58,265 nucleotides of DNA from a virus (taxonomy: Duplodnaviria; Caudoviricetes), in IMG/VR virus record IMGVR_UViG_3300022179_000289, positions 1 to 58,265 of that record; one strand, 5' to 3'. Position 1 is the first letter of the stretch; the number at the start of each line of letters is the position of its first letter. The position numbers and the translations under genes were made by a program. The notes under the pieces were generated by a model. That model ran no database searches and had not been told where the DNA came from. It saw only the letters and a program-made list of their open reading frames with translations. Positions 1-8,629 of the stretch are shown here, one piece after another.

Positions 1-1
1 G

Positions 2-157
2 CTGCGGCGTATCCAAGCAGTGGCGCGTTACTCAGGCAACTGGCGCGTAATGAGGTTCGACGTTGATGTATATGATGCCTTTAAGCTTATCGAAAAGTGC
101 ATAGACGAACTTATAGAACGTGACGGGGGGAAGGCATGTCCATGCAAATCAATCTAG
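2..157 (+). CDS. 5'-truncated hypothetical early protein
   Basis: Open frame from the window edge (LRRIQAVARYSGNW...CPCKSI) to TAG 155-157, overlapping the next gene. Confidence 0.5.
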   Translation: MRRIQAVARYSGNWRVMRFDVDVYDAFKLIEKCIDELIERDGGKACPCKSI

Positions 158-333
158 AGCGGCGCGACAACGAGACGAGGCGCTGGGACACTGTGGCGAC
201 CTTCGAGTTTGGCAGCCATGCGATGGAAGCAGCCAGAGCATTGAGCGAAGCTGACGGATGGGAATGGCGCGTGATAGACACCCGCTGGAATGACCCGCTG
301 GTTATTATATATAAGGAAGGGATAGCAACATGA
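136..333 (+). CDS. hypothetical early protein
   Basis: 65-aa ORF, purine-rich RBS, ATGA overlap with the next gene. Confidence 0.7.
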   Translation: MSMQINLERRDNETRRWDTVATFEFGSHAMEAARALSEADGWEWRVIDTRWNDPLVIIYKEGIAT

Positions 334-554
334 GACTGACACGAGACAGCGAAACGGACGAGGTGCGGGACGCACTGATTGAGCAGGATATGGAGAGCCT
401 GACAGCGCAAGAGATGGGCGACATAGTTATCGCTCGCTGGGAACAATTTGAACCGCTAATCCGGCAGTATGTGGAAGACCAATGGAAGGACGGCCATGAC
501 GTTTGGCTGGAAGCCGAAGACCGAGGATTTTTTGAAGATTACGGAGATTACTGA
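330..554 (+). CDS. hypothetical acidic early protein
   Basis: 74-aa ORF coupled on both sides (ATGA, TGATG). Confidence 0.75.
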   Translation: MRLTRDSETDEVRDALIEQDMESLTAQEMGDIVIARWEQFEPLIRQYVEDQWKDGHDVWLEAEDRGFFEDYGDY

Positions 555-721
555 TGAAGACGGAGATTACAGTTAGCCAAGCGGCAGCAGCCGCAGCCTA
601 TGGCCTACTCTTTGAGTATATAAAGGAAGGCGGCGAAGGCCATGACGAGGAGGGCATCTTGGAGTTTATGGACGCACTAGGGGAAGCCGACCGGATTGTC
701 ATTCTAGAGGAAAACCAATGA
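554..721 (+). CDS. hypothetical early protein (55 aa, not in ORF track)
   Basis: Hand-translated MKTEITVSQAAAAAAYGLL...ILEENQ; GGAG RBS; TGATG and ATGA overlaps. Confidence 0.7.
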   Translation: MKTEITVSQAAAAAAYGLLFEYIKEGGEGHDEEGILEFMDALGEADRIVILEENQ

Positions 722-900
722 ACATTAGACCCGACGAATGGAAAAAGCTGTTCGAGTTACGCGACGACCTAGAAGGCGAAGACCGCACACTGATGCGTAA
801 GCTTATCCAATACACAGAGATGCTGGAGGCAGAGATGGCCTCTATCAAGAAACTGGCACACAAAGCCTTGAGCAAAGGAGGAGCAGACCATGACGACTAA
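718..900 (+). CDS. hypothetical early protein
   Basis: 60-aa helical ORF with GAGG RBS. Confidence 0.7.
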   Translation: MNIRPDEWKKLFELRDDLEGEDRTLMRKLIQYTEMLEAEMASIKKLAHKALSKGGADHDD

Positions 901-1069
901 GAGGGAAGCAGCCACGCTGTTGCGCCGCTACGATAAGATGCGGCACGAACTGAGACTACTTGAACATGACCTAGCCAAGGCTTGCACCGACTACGGCAGA
1001 GCGCAAGGCATCTGGGGCTTTACCAGAGACCACCTGCGTATGCAGCTTGAGCGGGAGAAGGCAGCCTGA
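890..1069 (+). CDS. hypothetical early protein (59 aa, not in ORF track)
   Basis: Hand-translated MTTKREAATLLRRYDK...EREKAA; RBS AGGAGGAGCAGAC. Confidence 0.7.
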   Translation: MTTKREAATLLRRYDKMRHELRLLEHDLAKACTDYGRAQGIWGFTRDHLRMQLEREKAA

Positions 1070-1088
1070 CACGGCGGAAATTAGGGGG

Positions 1089-1118
1089 GTTGACAATGTC
1101 TAGCGACCCTGCTATAAC
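1089..1118 (+). promoter_or_regulatory. sigma70-type early promoter P1
   Basis: TTGACA 1090-1095, 17-nt spacer, TATAAC 1113-1118 with extended TG; intergenic. Confidence 0.85.
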
Positions 1119-1165
1119 ATCGAGGCGGGCAGGAAAGCCCGCAACGTTAAACTGGAGAAGTTAAA

Positions 1166-1375
1166 ATGACTGAACTTAACACAAACGCCATTATCGTTCG
1201 TTCACCAACGGGCCGAGACATCGCAGCCTTTGCAGACCCCGAACACGCATGGACATGGGTGGATGAGGTGTATGACCTGCGCGCCCATACAATTTATGAG
1301 CGGCCCGATGGCAAGACGTTGCGCCACGGCATGACAACTAAAAAGGCCATGATTGACTGGGCTGTGGCCGAGTAA
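1166..1375 (+). CDS. hypothetical early protein
   Basis: 69-aa ORF with GGAG RBS just downstream of P1. Confidence 0.75.
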   Translation: MTELNTNAIIVRSPTGRDIAAFADPEHAWTWVDEVYDLRAHTIYERPDGKTLRHGMTTKKAMIDWAVAE

Positions 1376-1380
1376 CAAAC

Positions 1381-1399
1381 GGGGGGCCTTGCGCCCCCC
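1381..1399 (+). other. GC-rich intergenic hairpin (pause, processing or stability element)
   Basis: GGGGGGC-CTTGC-GCCCCCC; no U-tract follows. Confidence 0.45.
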
Positions 1400-1419
1400 A
1401 CCCCACAAGGAGCAAACTG

Positions 1420-1575
1420 ATGGACGACTATACAGAGGAAACACCCGAGGAGCGTGAGGCTGGGCGGAAACTACTACGAGACCTGACCGCGATGACTGAG
1501 AAATTTTTAAAGGCTACGTCACGCGAAGAAGCGGAGGCTATCTTAGTGGAGTATAAAAAGGAGAACGAACAATGA
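1420..1575 (+). CDS. hypothetical early protein (51 aa, not in ORF track)
   Basis: MDDYTEETPEEREAG...KKENEQ; preceded by AGGAGCAAACTG. Confidence 0.75.
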   Translation: MDDYTEETPEEREAGRKLLRDLTAMTEKFLKATSREEAEAILVEYKKENEQ

Positions 1576-1745
1576 CCGAACCAACTAAAGACCGCAGCTA
1601 CTACCGGAAACTGTCCCTAGCTGAGCTAGAGGAGCTAACCCACTACGGCACGGACGTGAATTGGCAGGAGCTTACCATTGCTATGGCCGAGCGGATGGCA
1701 GACATTCGTGACGAGGTTTATGCAGAGATATCCGAAGGGGATTGA
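1572..1745 (+). CDS. hypothetical early protein (57 aa, not in ORF track)
   Basis: MTEPTKDRSYYRKLSL...ISEGD; AAGGAG RBS; ATGA overlap. Confidence 0.7.
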   Translation: MTEPTKDRSYYRKLSLAELEELTHYGTDVNWQELTIAMAERMADIRDEVYAEISEGD

Positions 1746-1770
1746 CAATGTATAGATGAGGATATAGCCT
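1741..1770 (+). promoter_or_regulatory. sigma70-type promoter P2
   Basis: TTGACA 1742-1747, 17 nt, TAGCCT 1765-1770; shares TTGACAATGT(A/C)TAG with P1. Confidence 0.7.
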
Positions 1771-1791
1771 CACTAGACAAGGAGCAAACTG

Positions 1792-2124
1792 ATGGCAAAG
1801 ACGCCGGAAAAAGTCGTTAAAGATAAAGTCATGTCCATCTTGCGGGATGAGGGCGTTTATTATTTCATGCCCCCTGCCAATGGCTTTGGACGCAGTGGCA
1901 TCCCCGACATCGTGGCTTGTGTTAATGGACTGTTCCTTGCCATTGAGTGCAAGGCAGGCGGTAACAAGCCGACCGCCCTACAAATCAGAGAGATTGAAGC
2001 TATCCGGCGCAACGACGGCGTGGCTGTGGTTGTGGACGAGACCAACTGGGACATGGTGCGTGAGCTAGTCCGCAGGCTGAAGCTTACTATCATCTCTTCG
2101 GCCTCAGACGCAAAAGGTGCGTGA
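1792..2124 (+). CDS. VRR-NUC domain nuclease (Holliday junction resolvase-like)
   Basis: E...G.PD...IECK...PTALQ PD-(D/E)XK pattern typical of phage VRR-NUC proteins. Confidence 0.85.
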   Translation: MAKTPEKVVKDKVMSILRDEGVYYFMPPANGFGRSGIPDIVACVNGLFLAIECKAGGNKPTALQIREIEAIRRNDGVAVVVDETNWDMVRELVRRLKLTIISSASDAKGA

Positions 2125-2185
2125 TGTTTCGACGGCTGATCGACTGGATACTGGCGCGCCTGTTCGAAGGATATAAAGGAAAGGA

Positions 2186-2404
2186 TTGGGATTAATGAAC
2201 GATAACACACAACCCCGCTGGACGGTTAAGCTAACCTATCGCTATGCCGAAGGACCACGTAGCATTACGCTTAAGGTTGAGGAGCTTTTCGAGCTTCAAG
2301 ACATCGTGGAGTGCGGCCCTAGCTTCTACTCCATCGAGAGTATTGTGGTTATGCCGAGCGACCGTTGCCCCAAGGTGACTGTGGAAGAGGCGGCGAAACA
2401 ATGA
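2186..2404 (+). CDS. hypothetical protein
   Basis: ORF in operon order; real start may be ATG 2195. Confidence 0.6.
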   Translation: MGLMNDNTQPRWTVKLTYRYAEGPRSITLKVEELFELQDIVECGPSFYSIESIVVMPSDRCPKVTVEEAAKQ

Positions 2405-2679
2405 TTAAGACACAACACTGCCCCAACTGCGAAGCCACCGAGAAAAAGCTGCACGACTTCAAGCAGAAGGTGAGCGATGCGCTTTATGATTACTTTGGTG
2501 ATGCTCATGTCCAGTGGGGTGGCCCTTTAAGCCATCTTTTCATCATCCGCACGCCCAAGCTTGACCCGCTGGATGAAATAATGGGCGAGTTTCTTTGGTC
2601 GCCAAAAGCTACCGATGACCTTCGCGCCGCACTGGAAGCCCGTGGGCTGGAGATAAGGGAGAAGAACGATGACCAATGA
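2401..2679 (+). CDS. hypothetical protein with N-terminal CxxC
   Basis: ATG 2401 overlaps the previous stop (ATGA); CPNC motif. Confidence 0.65.
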   Translation: MIKTQHCPNCEATEKKLHDFKQKVSDALYDYFGDAHVQWGGPLSHLFIIRTPKLDPLDEIMGEFLWSPKATDDLRAALEARGLEIREKNDDQ

Positions 2680-3043
2680 TAAAGACAGCGCAGTGCTGGC
2701 GGATCAAACATTAGCCACAGCATACCGTGACTGGCGGTTGTCAACAACGGCATCGCCAATACACTATAAGCCAATGGAGCTGGCTTTTGTAGCTGGCTGG
2801 AAAGCAGCCCTACGCCAACCCACACAGACCGAAAGCTACCGCCTAATCCAAGACGGACAGCCAGTGGCATGGGCTGAAGGCTCTAAGGCAGATGTAGAGA
2901 TTGCACATTACGCTGCCGTCTATGGACAGGATGGGCCAGTAAAAATCCAGCAAAATGTCAAAGGACGCTGGAAAAATGTCCCGTCACCCGAAGGTGACGG
3001 GAGCCAGCAACGTATTGCTGGCGGGGTGGAAGCAGAAGGATAA
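2669..3043 (+). CDS. hypothetical protein
   Basis: 124-aa ORF with GGAG RBS. Confidence 0.65.
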   Translation: MTNDKDSAVLADQTLATAYRDWRLSTTASPIHYKPMELAFVAGWKAALRQPTQTESYRLIQDGQPVAWAEGSKADVEIAHYAAVYGQDGPVKIQQNVKGRWKNVPSPEGDGSQQRIAGGVEAEG

Positions 3044-3049
3044 CACCAA

Positions 3050-4873
3050 GTGAATATAATTGTTTGCGATTTCGAGACCTACTATGACCGGAGCTACTCG
3101 CTGTCCAAGGTGACAACGGAAGAATATATCCGTGATCCGGGCTTTGAGGTTATCGGCGTATCCGTAAAGCGTAACGACGAGCCTGCCGTGTGGTTCAGCG
3201 GCACCAAGATACAAACCAAGCGGTGGCTGGACCAGTTTGAATGGGACAACGCCATCGCTGTGGCGCACAACGCTGTGTTTGATATGGCTATCCTCAACTG
3301 GCACTTCGACATCCGACCCAAGCGGATTGCTGACACTCTGTCTATACTTCGCGCTATCGACGGACCTGATGCTGGTAACAGCTTAGCCAAAGCTGCTGAG
3401 CGTTACGGGCTGGGCATCAAAGGCGACGAAGTTATCAACGCACTGGGTAAGGGGCGTCTGGACTTCACGCCGGAAGAACTGGACCGTTACGGGCAATACT
3501 GCATCAACGACACCGAGCTTACCTACGACCTGTTCCAGAGGATTGCTGTGGGCTTCCCGCAAATAGAGTTCCGGTTAATTGACCTGACCATCCGGATGTT
3601 CACGGAGCCGATGCTAAGCTTAGACGAGGAAGTCCTCACAAATCACCTGTCTAATGTGAAGAGTTCCAAGGACGCCCTCATGGCCAAGCTCAACTACGAC
3701 AAGGCCGACCTGATGAGTAACCCCAAGCTGGCCGAGTTGCTGATGTTTCATGGGGTTGTTCCGCCAACCAAGATCAGTCCGGCTACAGGCAAGGAGACCC
3801 ATGCGTTCGCCAAGAACGACGAAGCCTTCAAGGCGCTGCTGGAGCATGAGAACCCACAGGTGCAAGCCATCGTCGCTGCACGGCTAGGCGTTAAGTCCAC
3901 ACTGGAAGAGACAAGGACAGAGCGGTTCATCAAGATAGCCGAGCGTGGCACGTTACCTGTGCCCCTGCGCTACTACGCTGCACATACTGGGCGATGGGGA
4001 GGGGATGATAAGGTCAACCTCCAGAACCTACCGCGCAAGTCACCGTTGAAGAAGGCAATCATACCACCCGACGGCTATGTGTTCATCGACTGTGACTCAT
4101 CACAAATCGAAGCGCGCACCTTGGCGTGGCTGGCTGGGCAGAACGACCTCGTCGCTGCGTTCGATAAGGGTGAGGACGTATATAAGATCATGGCAAGTTC
4201 CATCTATGGTGTGGATGTTGATGAGGTGACAGACCCGCAGAGGTTCGTAGGAAAAACAACAATCTTAGGCGCAGGTTACGGCATGGGGCCAACCAAGTTC
4301 CAAGCGCAGTTAAAGACCTTCGGCGTCGATATGCCAGAGGATGAGTGCAAGCGTATTATCAAGGTGTATCGTGAGACCTACCCGATGATCCCCAAACTAT
4401 GGCGGCAGGCAGGAGATGCGCTGGACGCTATGGCGAACAACCAGACAGCCCCAATAGGGTTGGACGGTGTGCTGGTAGTGTATGGCAAGGATGGCATCAA
4501 GCTACCCAATGGCTTGAGTATTAAATATCCCAACCTGCGCTGGAAGCCGATGATGGGGAGCCAGCACAACGAGATGGTCTACGACCAGAAGAAGGGCCGC
4601 GCAGTTATCCCGACACGGATATATGGCGGGAAGGCTGTTGAGAATATCTGCCAAGCACTGGCGCGTATCGTGATCGGTGAGCAGATGCTGATGGTCGCAC
4701 GCAAACTGCGTGTGGTGATGACGGTGCATGATGCCGTGGGGTGCATCGCACCTGAAGCAGAAGCAGACAAGGCACGGGCCTATGTCGAGGACTGCATGCG
4801 GATAAGGCCGAAATGGGCAGTGGCACTGCCGTTAAACTGTGAGAGCAAGATGGGAGCAAGCTATGGAGGATAA
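3050..4873 (+). CDS. polA: family A DNA polymerase with 3'-5' exonuclease
   Basis: ExoI DFET, ExoII HNAVFD, ExoIII YCIND; HTGRW; motif A DSSQIEAR, motif B RFVGKTTILGAGYG, motif C VHD. Confidence 0.95.
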   Translation: MNIIVCDFETYYDRSYSLSKVTTEEYIRDPGFEVIGVSVKRNDEPAVWFSGTKIQTKRWLDQFEWDNAIAVAHNAVFDMAILNWHFDIRPKRIADTLSILRAIDGPDAGNSLAKAAERYGLGIKGDEVINALGKGRLDFTPEELDRYGQYCINDTELTYDLFQRIAVGFPQIEFRLIDLTIRMFTEPMLSLDEEVLTNHLSNVKSSKDALMAKLNYDKADLMSNPKLAELLMFHGVVPPTKISPATGKETHAFAKNDEAFKALLEHENPQVQAIVAARLGVKSTLEETRTERFIKIAERGTLPVPLRYYAAHTGRWGGDDKVNLQNLPRKSPLKKAIIPPDGYVFIDCDSSQIEARTLAWLAGQNDLVAAFDKGEDVYKIMASSIYGVDVDEVTDPQRFVGKTTILGAGYGMGPTKFQAQLKTFGVDMPEDECKRIIKVYRETYPMIPKLWRQAGDALDAMANNQTAPIGLDGVLVVYGKDGIKLPNGLSIKYPNLRWKPMMGSQHNEMVYDQKKGRAVIPTRIYGGKAVENICQALARIVIGEQMLMVARKLRVVMTVHDAVGCIAPEAEADKARAYVEDCMRIRPKWAVALPLNCESKMGASYGG

Positions 4874-5426
4874 GAAGAAAATCGTTCTGACGCAGAGTCA
4901 GATTAAGATATGCAAAATGCTGGCAACGGCAGGTCTGGACGAAGATCAAGCTAAGGCAGAAGCCGAAGGTATTCCGTTCGACTATGAAGCTGAGAAGGCC
5001 AAACGTGAGCATGAGTTTCTCATGTTTTACGTCGCTGAGATAGCGAAAGATCGTGACTGGGAAGAGACACGGGATAAGGCGTTTCATAGCGTTATCTCTA
5101 CCTTAATAGGGTGTGACAGACTGTATAACTACGTCCGTGAACATGTGCCGGACTTGAAAGCGTTGCGTGAGCTAGACCCAGCAGAGGTTCTTAAGGTGCA
5201 CGGCTATGGCAAGAAGACGGTAGAGGAATTGAAAACCCTACAAGAGCGTTTCACCAAGCATAGGAATATATTACCTCGGTTGAATAAGGCTATCCGATCT
5301 GAGCGCTATCTTCAGGAATTTACGAAAGAACATAACGACACAATCCGAACTTATAAGGCGTTACAACGCAACGCTAAGCACGATAAAAGCTTCCTAGACC
5401 AGACGTGGAAATATCATGTCGGATGA
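4863..5426 (+). CDS. protein with RNA polymerase alpha-CTD-like (HhH) domain
   Basis: RLYN...LKAL...EVLKVHGYGKKTVEELK resembles alpha-CTD [17 protein letters not shown]; start moved to ATG 4863 behind GGGAGCAAGCT. Confidence 0.6.
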   Translation: MEDKKKIVLTQSQIKICKMLATAGLDEDQAKAEAEGIPFDYEAEKAKREHEFLMFYVAEIAKDRDWEETRDKAFHSVISTLIGCDRLYNYVREHVPDLKALRELDPAEVLKVHGYGKKTVEELKTLQERFTKHRNILPRLNKAIRSERYLQEFTKEHNDTIRTYKALQRNAKHDKSFLDQTWKYHVG

Positions 5427-6060
5427 TCCAGACTGGTGGCCTAAGCCGTGGATTTACGACGACTGGCTTCAAGAAAAGCTGCGCCGAGACAAAGAGTGGC
5501 AGAAAGAACACCGTGCGAGGGCGGCGCAGCGGCGCATGGAGCGGATTAATTCTGGGTTCAAAAGCCTAGCGCCCGCCGGACCGACACGTGATCCAGTGGT
5601 GCGAGAGGCACGGCTGGAGGAGTTTAAGGACAACCCGAAGCTACGCAAGTGGGCGGTATGGAAACAATACCGAGCCGGAGGGACCACGCTAAATAAGGTT
5701 GGTGAGGACTTCGGGGTTGGGACGGAGCGAACACGGCAGATGGTTCACAAATGTGAGCGGATACTACGCACCGCTTTGAACCGAGATAACCTTACCTTTC
5801 CAGTGATTGATGAGGTGCGAGAAGCAACGCTAGGTGTTGAGTTCGTGTTCCGTAACGACCTGACATTCAATGTGTTAGACGGCGATCAGAAAGGTTGGGA
5901 ACGCCTTGAGCCTGCTATGCATGACAGCAGTATATATAGAGACCCTGTGCCTTGGTGGAAGCCGGAGTGGGGACTTCAAGATACCTCACCGGCTAAACCC
6001 AAACCCACATACACATATTACAAAACCATTATCGAGAAGGAGCAAAGTGATGGCGATTAA
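5416..6060 (+). CDS. protein with sigma70 region 4.2-like HTH
   Basis: TLNKVGEDFGVGTERTRQMVHKCERILR aligns by eye with RpoD [28 protein letters not shown]. Confidence 0.7.
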   Translation: MSDDPDWWPKPWIYDDWLQEKLRRDKEWQKEHRARAAQRRMERINSGFKSLAPAGPTRDPVVREARLEEFKDNPKLRKWAVWKQYRAGGTTLNKVGEDFGVGTERTRQMVHKCERILRTALNRDNLTFPVIDEVREATLGVEFVFRNDLTFNVLDGDQKGWERLEPAMHDSSIYRDPVPWWKPEWGLQDTSPAKPKPTYTYYKTIIEKEQSDGD

Positions 6061-6580
6061 CCCTACAAACGAAACGCTGATTACGGACTTGGAGTTGAGG
6101 GTGCGGACCGCCAACTGCTTTCGCAATATTAACTTGCAGGTTAATGGTCAGGACGCACCCCCTGCAAAGGTTAAAGATTTCCGGCATTTCACGGATGAAG
6201 AGCTACTGAAGTTTCCTTGGTTTAGCGCAAAGTCATTGGCCGAATGGAAAGAAATCCTGTGGCGCGTCGATAATCCAGAAGAAATCTATGTCGAAAAACC
6301 TGAGCCTTTCCCGATACCACGCAAAACCACCAAGGAAGATAAGTTTCATCCCGTGGTTAAGCTACTGCTCAGCCGGATGAGAAACCGACCAGATGAATTT
6401 TCTGGCACTAGGAATGACTACTACCACAATGAAAAAGGGCCGAGCGCGAGATGGGCTGATGTCGTGCATCAACTGCAAGAACACATGACACCAGATGAAA
6501 AGGCCGCATTGAACAAGGCTGTGCGCGAGATACGCATGATGAGAATACACCACGATGTTATGCAGGAGTTACTGAGATGA
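6050..6580 (+). CDS. protein with N-terminal RNA polymerase alpha-CTD-like domain
   Basis: ITDLELRVRTANCF...EELLKFPWFSAKSLAEWKEIL versus alpha-CTD VDDLELTVRSANCL...[20 protein letters not shown]; start ATG 6050 behind AGGAGCAAAGTG. Confidence 0.75.
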   Translation: MAINPTNETLITDLELRVRTANCFRNINLQVNGQDAPPAKVKDFRHFTDEELLKFPWFSAKSLAEWKEILWRVDNPEEIYVEKPEPFPIPRKTTKEDKFHPVVKLLLSRMRNRPDEFSGTRNDYYHNEKGPSARWADVVHQLQEHMTPDEKAALNKAVREIRMMRIHHDVMQELLR

Positions 6581-6894
6581 AGATTACTAACTATGGCACT
6601 AACTTTGCCGACTACGAGATCGACGAAAACTGCCATCTCTATAAGGTGGAGGTCTTCGACCGAGCAGAGGACGCTGAGCACGGAACCCATACCACGGTGG
6701 AAGGGGAGCTTGTTACCCAAGACAGGGACATGAGCGGCAACCCATCCAGCAGGCGGACAGGCGTAGCCCTGCACTTCTGGAGCGAGGTGAACGAAGCACC
6801 CGAAGATAAGTTCGTCATGTGCATATTCCAGCACAAGGGTGGCGAGTTCATCCAGTTCAAGACACTAACAGAATACGAAGGGAAGGCCGCATGA
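6577..6894 (+). CDS. hypothetical protein
   Basis: 105-aa ORF with AGGAG RBS and ATGA overlaps. Confidence 0.75.
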   Translation: MKITNYGTNFADYEIDENCHLYKVEVFDRAEDAEHGTHTTVEGELVTQDRDMSGNPSSRRTGVALHFWSEVNEAPEDKFVMCIFQHKGGEFIQFKTLTEYEGKAA

Positions 6895-7496
6895 GCGAGT
6901 ATCAATTCACCAAAGACTGGTTCAACTGGGCACCGGAAGTCTGGACGCAGCTTATCCCTATGCTGTCAGGTGAAGCAGGTAAGCGTACCTTTATCGAGAT
7001 TGGCTCCTTTGAAGGCCGCAGCACCGTCTGGATTGCCGAGAACATGATGCAGGATGACGACTGGATTATCTGTATAGATACGTGGGAAGGTGGCGAGGAG
7101 CATGGTGCCGAGGATATGGGGGCTGTCGAGGCGCGGTTTGACCACAATACGGAGTTGTTTAGTGCCAAACACGGTCACGAGCGAGTTATTAACAAGAACA
7201 AAGGCAAGTCAACACATTGGCTAGCTTATGAGATGTACGAACAAAAAACCCAAGCGGACTTCATCTACATCGACGGCAGCCACATTGCCAAGGATGTGCT
7301 GACTGACGCCTGTATGGCTTGGCCGTTGCTCAAGCCCAAGGGGATGATGGTGTTTGACGATTACATGTGGGGCAATCCACGTGACATCCTGCACCGCCCC
7401 AAACCCGCCATCGACGCCTTCTGCAACCTGTTTGCGGAAGAGGCAGAGATTGTCCACGTTGGATACCAACTAGTAGTACGCAAGAAGGGAGAGTAG
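6891..7496 (+). CDS. class I SAM-dependent methyltransferase (Methyltransf_24-like)
   Basis: IEIGSFEGRS motif I, IYIDGSH, LLKPKGMMVFDDY; start ATG 6891. Confidence 0.85.
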   Translation: MSEYQFTKDWFNWAPEVWTQLIPMLSGEAGKRTFIEIGSFEGRSTVWIAENMMQDDDWIICIDTWEGGEEHGAEDMGAVEARFDHNTELFSAKHGHERVINKNKGKSTHWLAYEMYEQKTQADFIYIDGSHIAKDVLTDACMAWPLLKPKGMMVFDDYMWGNPRDILHRPKPAIDAFCNLFAEEAEIVHVGYQLVVRKKGE

Positions 7497-7498
7497 AA

Positions 7499-7675
7499 AT
7501 GGATTACGTAACAGCAGTAGCAGTGTTTGTGTTGGTTTTTGCCAGCTACATGGTGGGGCGGTTCAGTGCCAGCAGTGATACTAGTACCATCAAACGTGAG
7601 AACGAGCGGCTCAACGCCGAACTAAGGGTGCTAACAAAGCGCGACTCCAAGGGTCGCTTCACAGGGGGTAAGTAG
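7499..7675 (+). CDS. small membrane-anchored protein (58 aa, not in ORF track)
   Basis: MDYVTAVAVFVLVFASYMVGRF hydrophobic helix, short coiled coil, RDSKGRF tail. Confidence 0.7.
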   Translation: MDYVTAVAVFVLVFASYMVGRFSASSDTSTIKRENERLNAELRVLTKRDSKGRFTGGK

Positions 7676-7854
7676 TGCCAATAGTAAAACGGACTAGCCG
7701 CGTGTGGACACCTGAAATGGACGCAGAGTTGTTGGAGTATTACAAGCACGGCCTAAGGGCAGCGTACATAGCGGAACGGATGGGGCTTACGATAGCTTCG
7801 GTCGAAGGCCGCTACAGGAAACTAAAAAAGAAAGCAGAAGAAAATGACGGATGA
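7675..7854 (+). CDS. GcrA N-terminal-like / Myb-like HTH protein (59 aa, not in ORF track)
   Basis: GTG start; WTPEMDAELLEYYKHGLRAAYIAERMGLTIASVEGRYRKL. Confidence 0.65.
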   Translation: MPIVKRTSRVWTPEMDAELLEYYKHGLRAAYIAERMGLTIASVEGRYRKLKKKAEENDG

Positions 7855-8617
7855 AATTAAAGTGCCGACCAAGCGACCATCGCTGATGATAGCCACCCCC
7901 ATGTACGGTGGTATGTGCACGGGGTCCTATGTGCAGGGCTTACTGATGACCATGGCCAAGATGCGGGAAATCGGCGTCAACGTGGCGTGGTGTCAGATAA
8001 TGAACGAGAGCCTTATCACCCGTGCACGTAACGAGCTAGCTCGTGTGTTTCTGGCTAGTGACCATGACTACCTCATGTTCATCGACGCTGACATCGGCTT
8101 CGATAGCGAGGCTGTCGCGCAGCTTATGCTGGCCGACAAAGACATCACCTGCGGTATCTACCCCAAGAAGGAAGTGAACTGGGATAGCGTGGAACGTGCG
8201 GCACTGGCTGGCAAGGACGACCTAGCAGCGCATGCCGGAGCCTTCGTCTTCAACATGGTTGGCGGAGAGCATCAAGAAACAGATGAGACGGGTTGCATCG
8301 AAGTCCGCCACGGTGGCACTGGCTTCATGCTCATCAAGCGCGGGGTGTTCGAGCATCTTATCCCCCACGTTCCAACCTATCGCGTATCATCATTCACAGA
8401 CCCAGCGACTGGTGAATACGCCAAGCCTTTGACCCATGAGTTCTTCGCTACGTCTATCGACGAGAGCGGGGCGCTGTTGTCAGAGGATTACCACTTTTGC
8501 GAACTGTTTCGCAAACACGGGGGTAAAATCTACGCCCACCCGTTTATCCGGCTGACCCACACAGGCACCTATGTGTTTGATGGGGACATCCTCAAAAGCG
8601 GCGGCAATCTTAAATAA
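7844..8617 (+). CDS. GT-A fold glycosyltransferase-like protein
   Basis: IATPMYGG, ESLITRARN, YLMFIDADI (DxD), GTGFMLIKR, SEDYHFC. Confidence 0.75.
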   Translation: MTDEIKVPTKRPSLMIATPMYGGMCTGSYVQGLLMTMAKMREIGVNVAWCQIMNESLITRARNELARVFLASDHDYLMFIDADIGFDSEAVAQLMLADKDITCGIYPKKEVNWDSVERAALAGKDDLAAHAGAFVFNMVGGEHQETDETGCIEVRHGGTGFMLIKRGVFEHLIPHVPTYRVSSFTDPATGEYAKPLTHEFFATSIDESGALLSEDYHFCELFRKHGGKIYAHPFIRLTHTGTYVFDGDILKSGGNLK

Positions 8618-8629
8618 GGAGCAAACGAC

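Noticed and set aside
1125-1142. GCGGGC-AGGAAA-GCCCGC hairpin as a terminator or CsrA site
   Set aside because: No U-tract, a single GGA, and it lies at the predicted transcript 5' end; most likely a stabilising stem.
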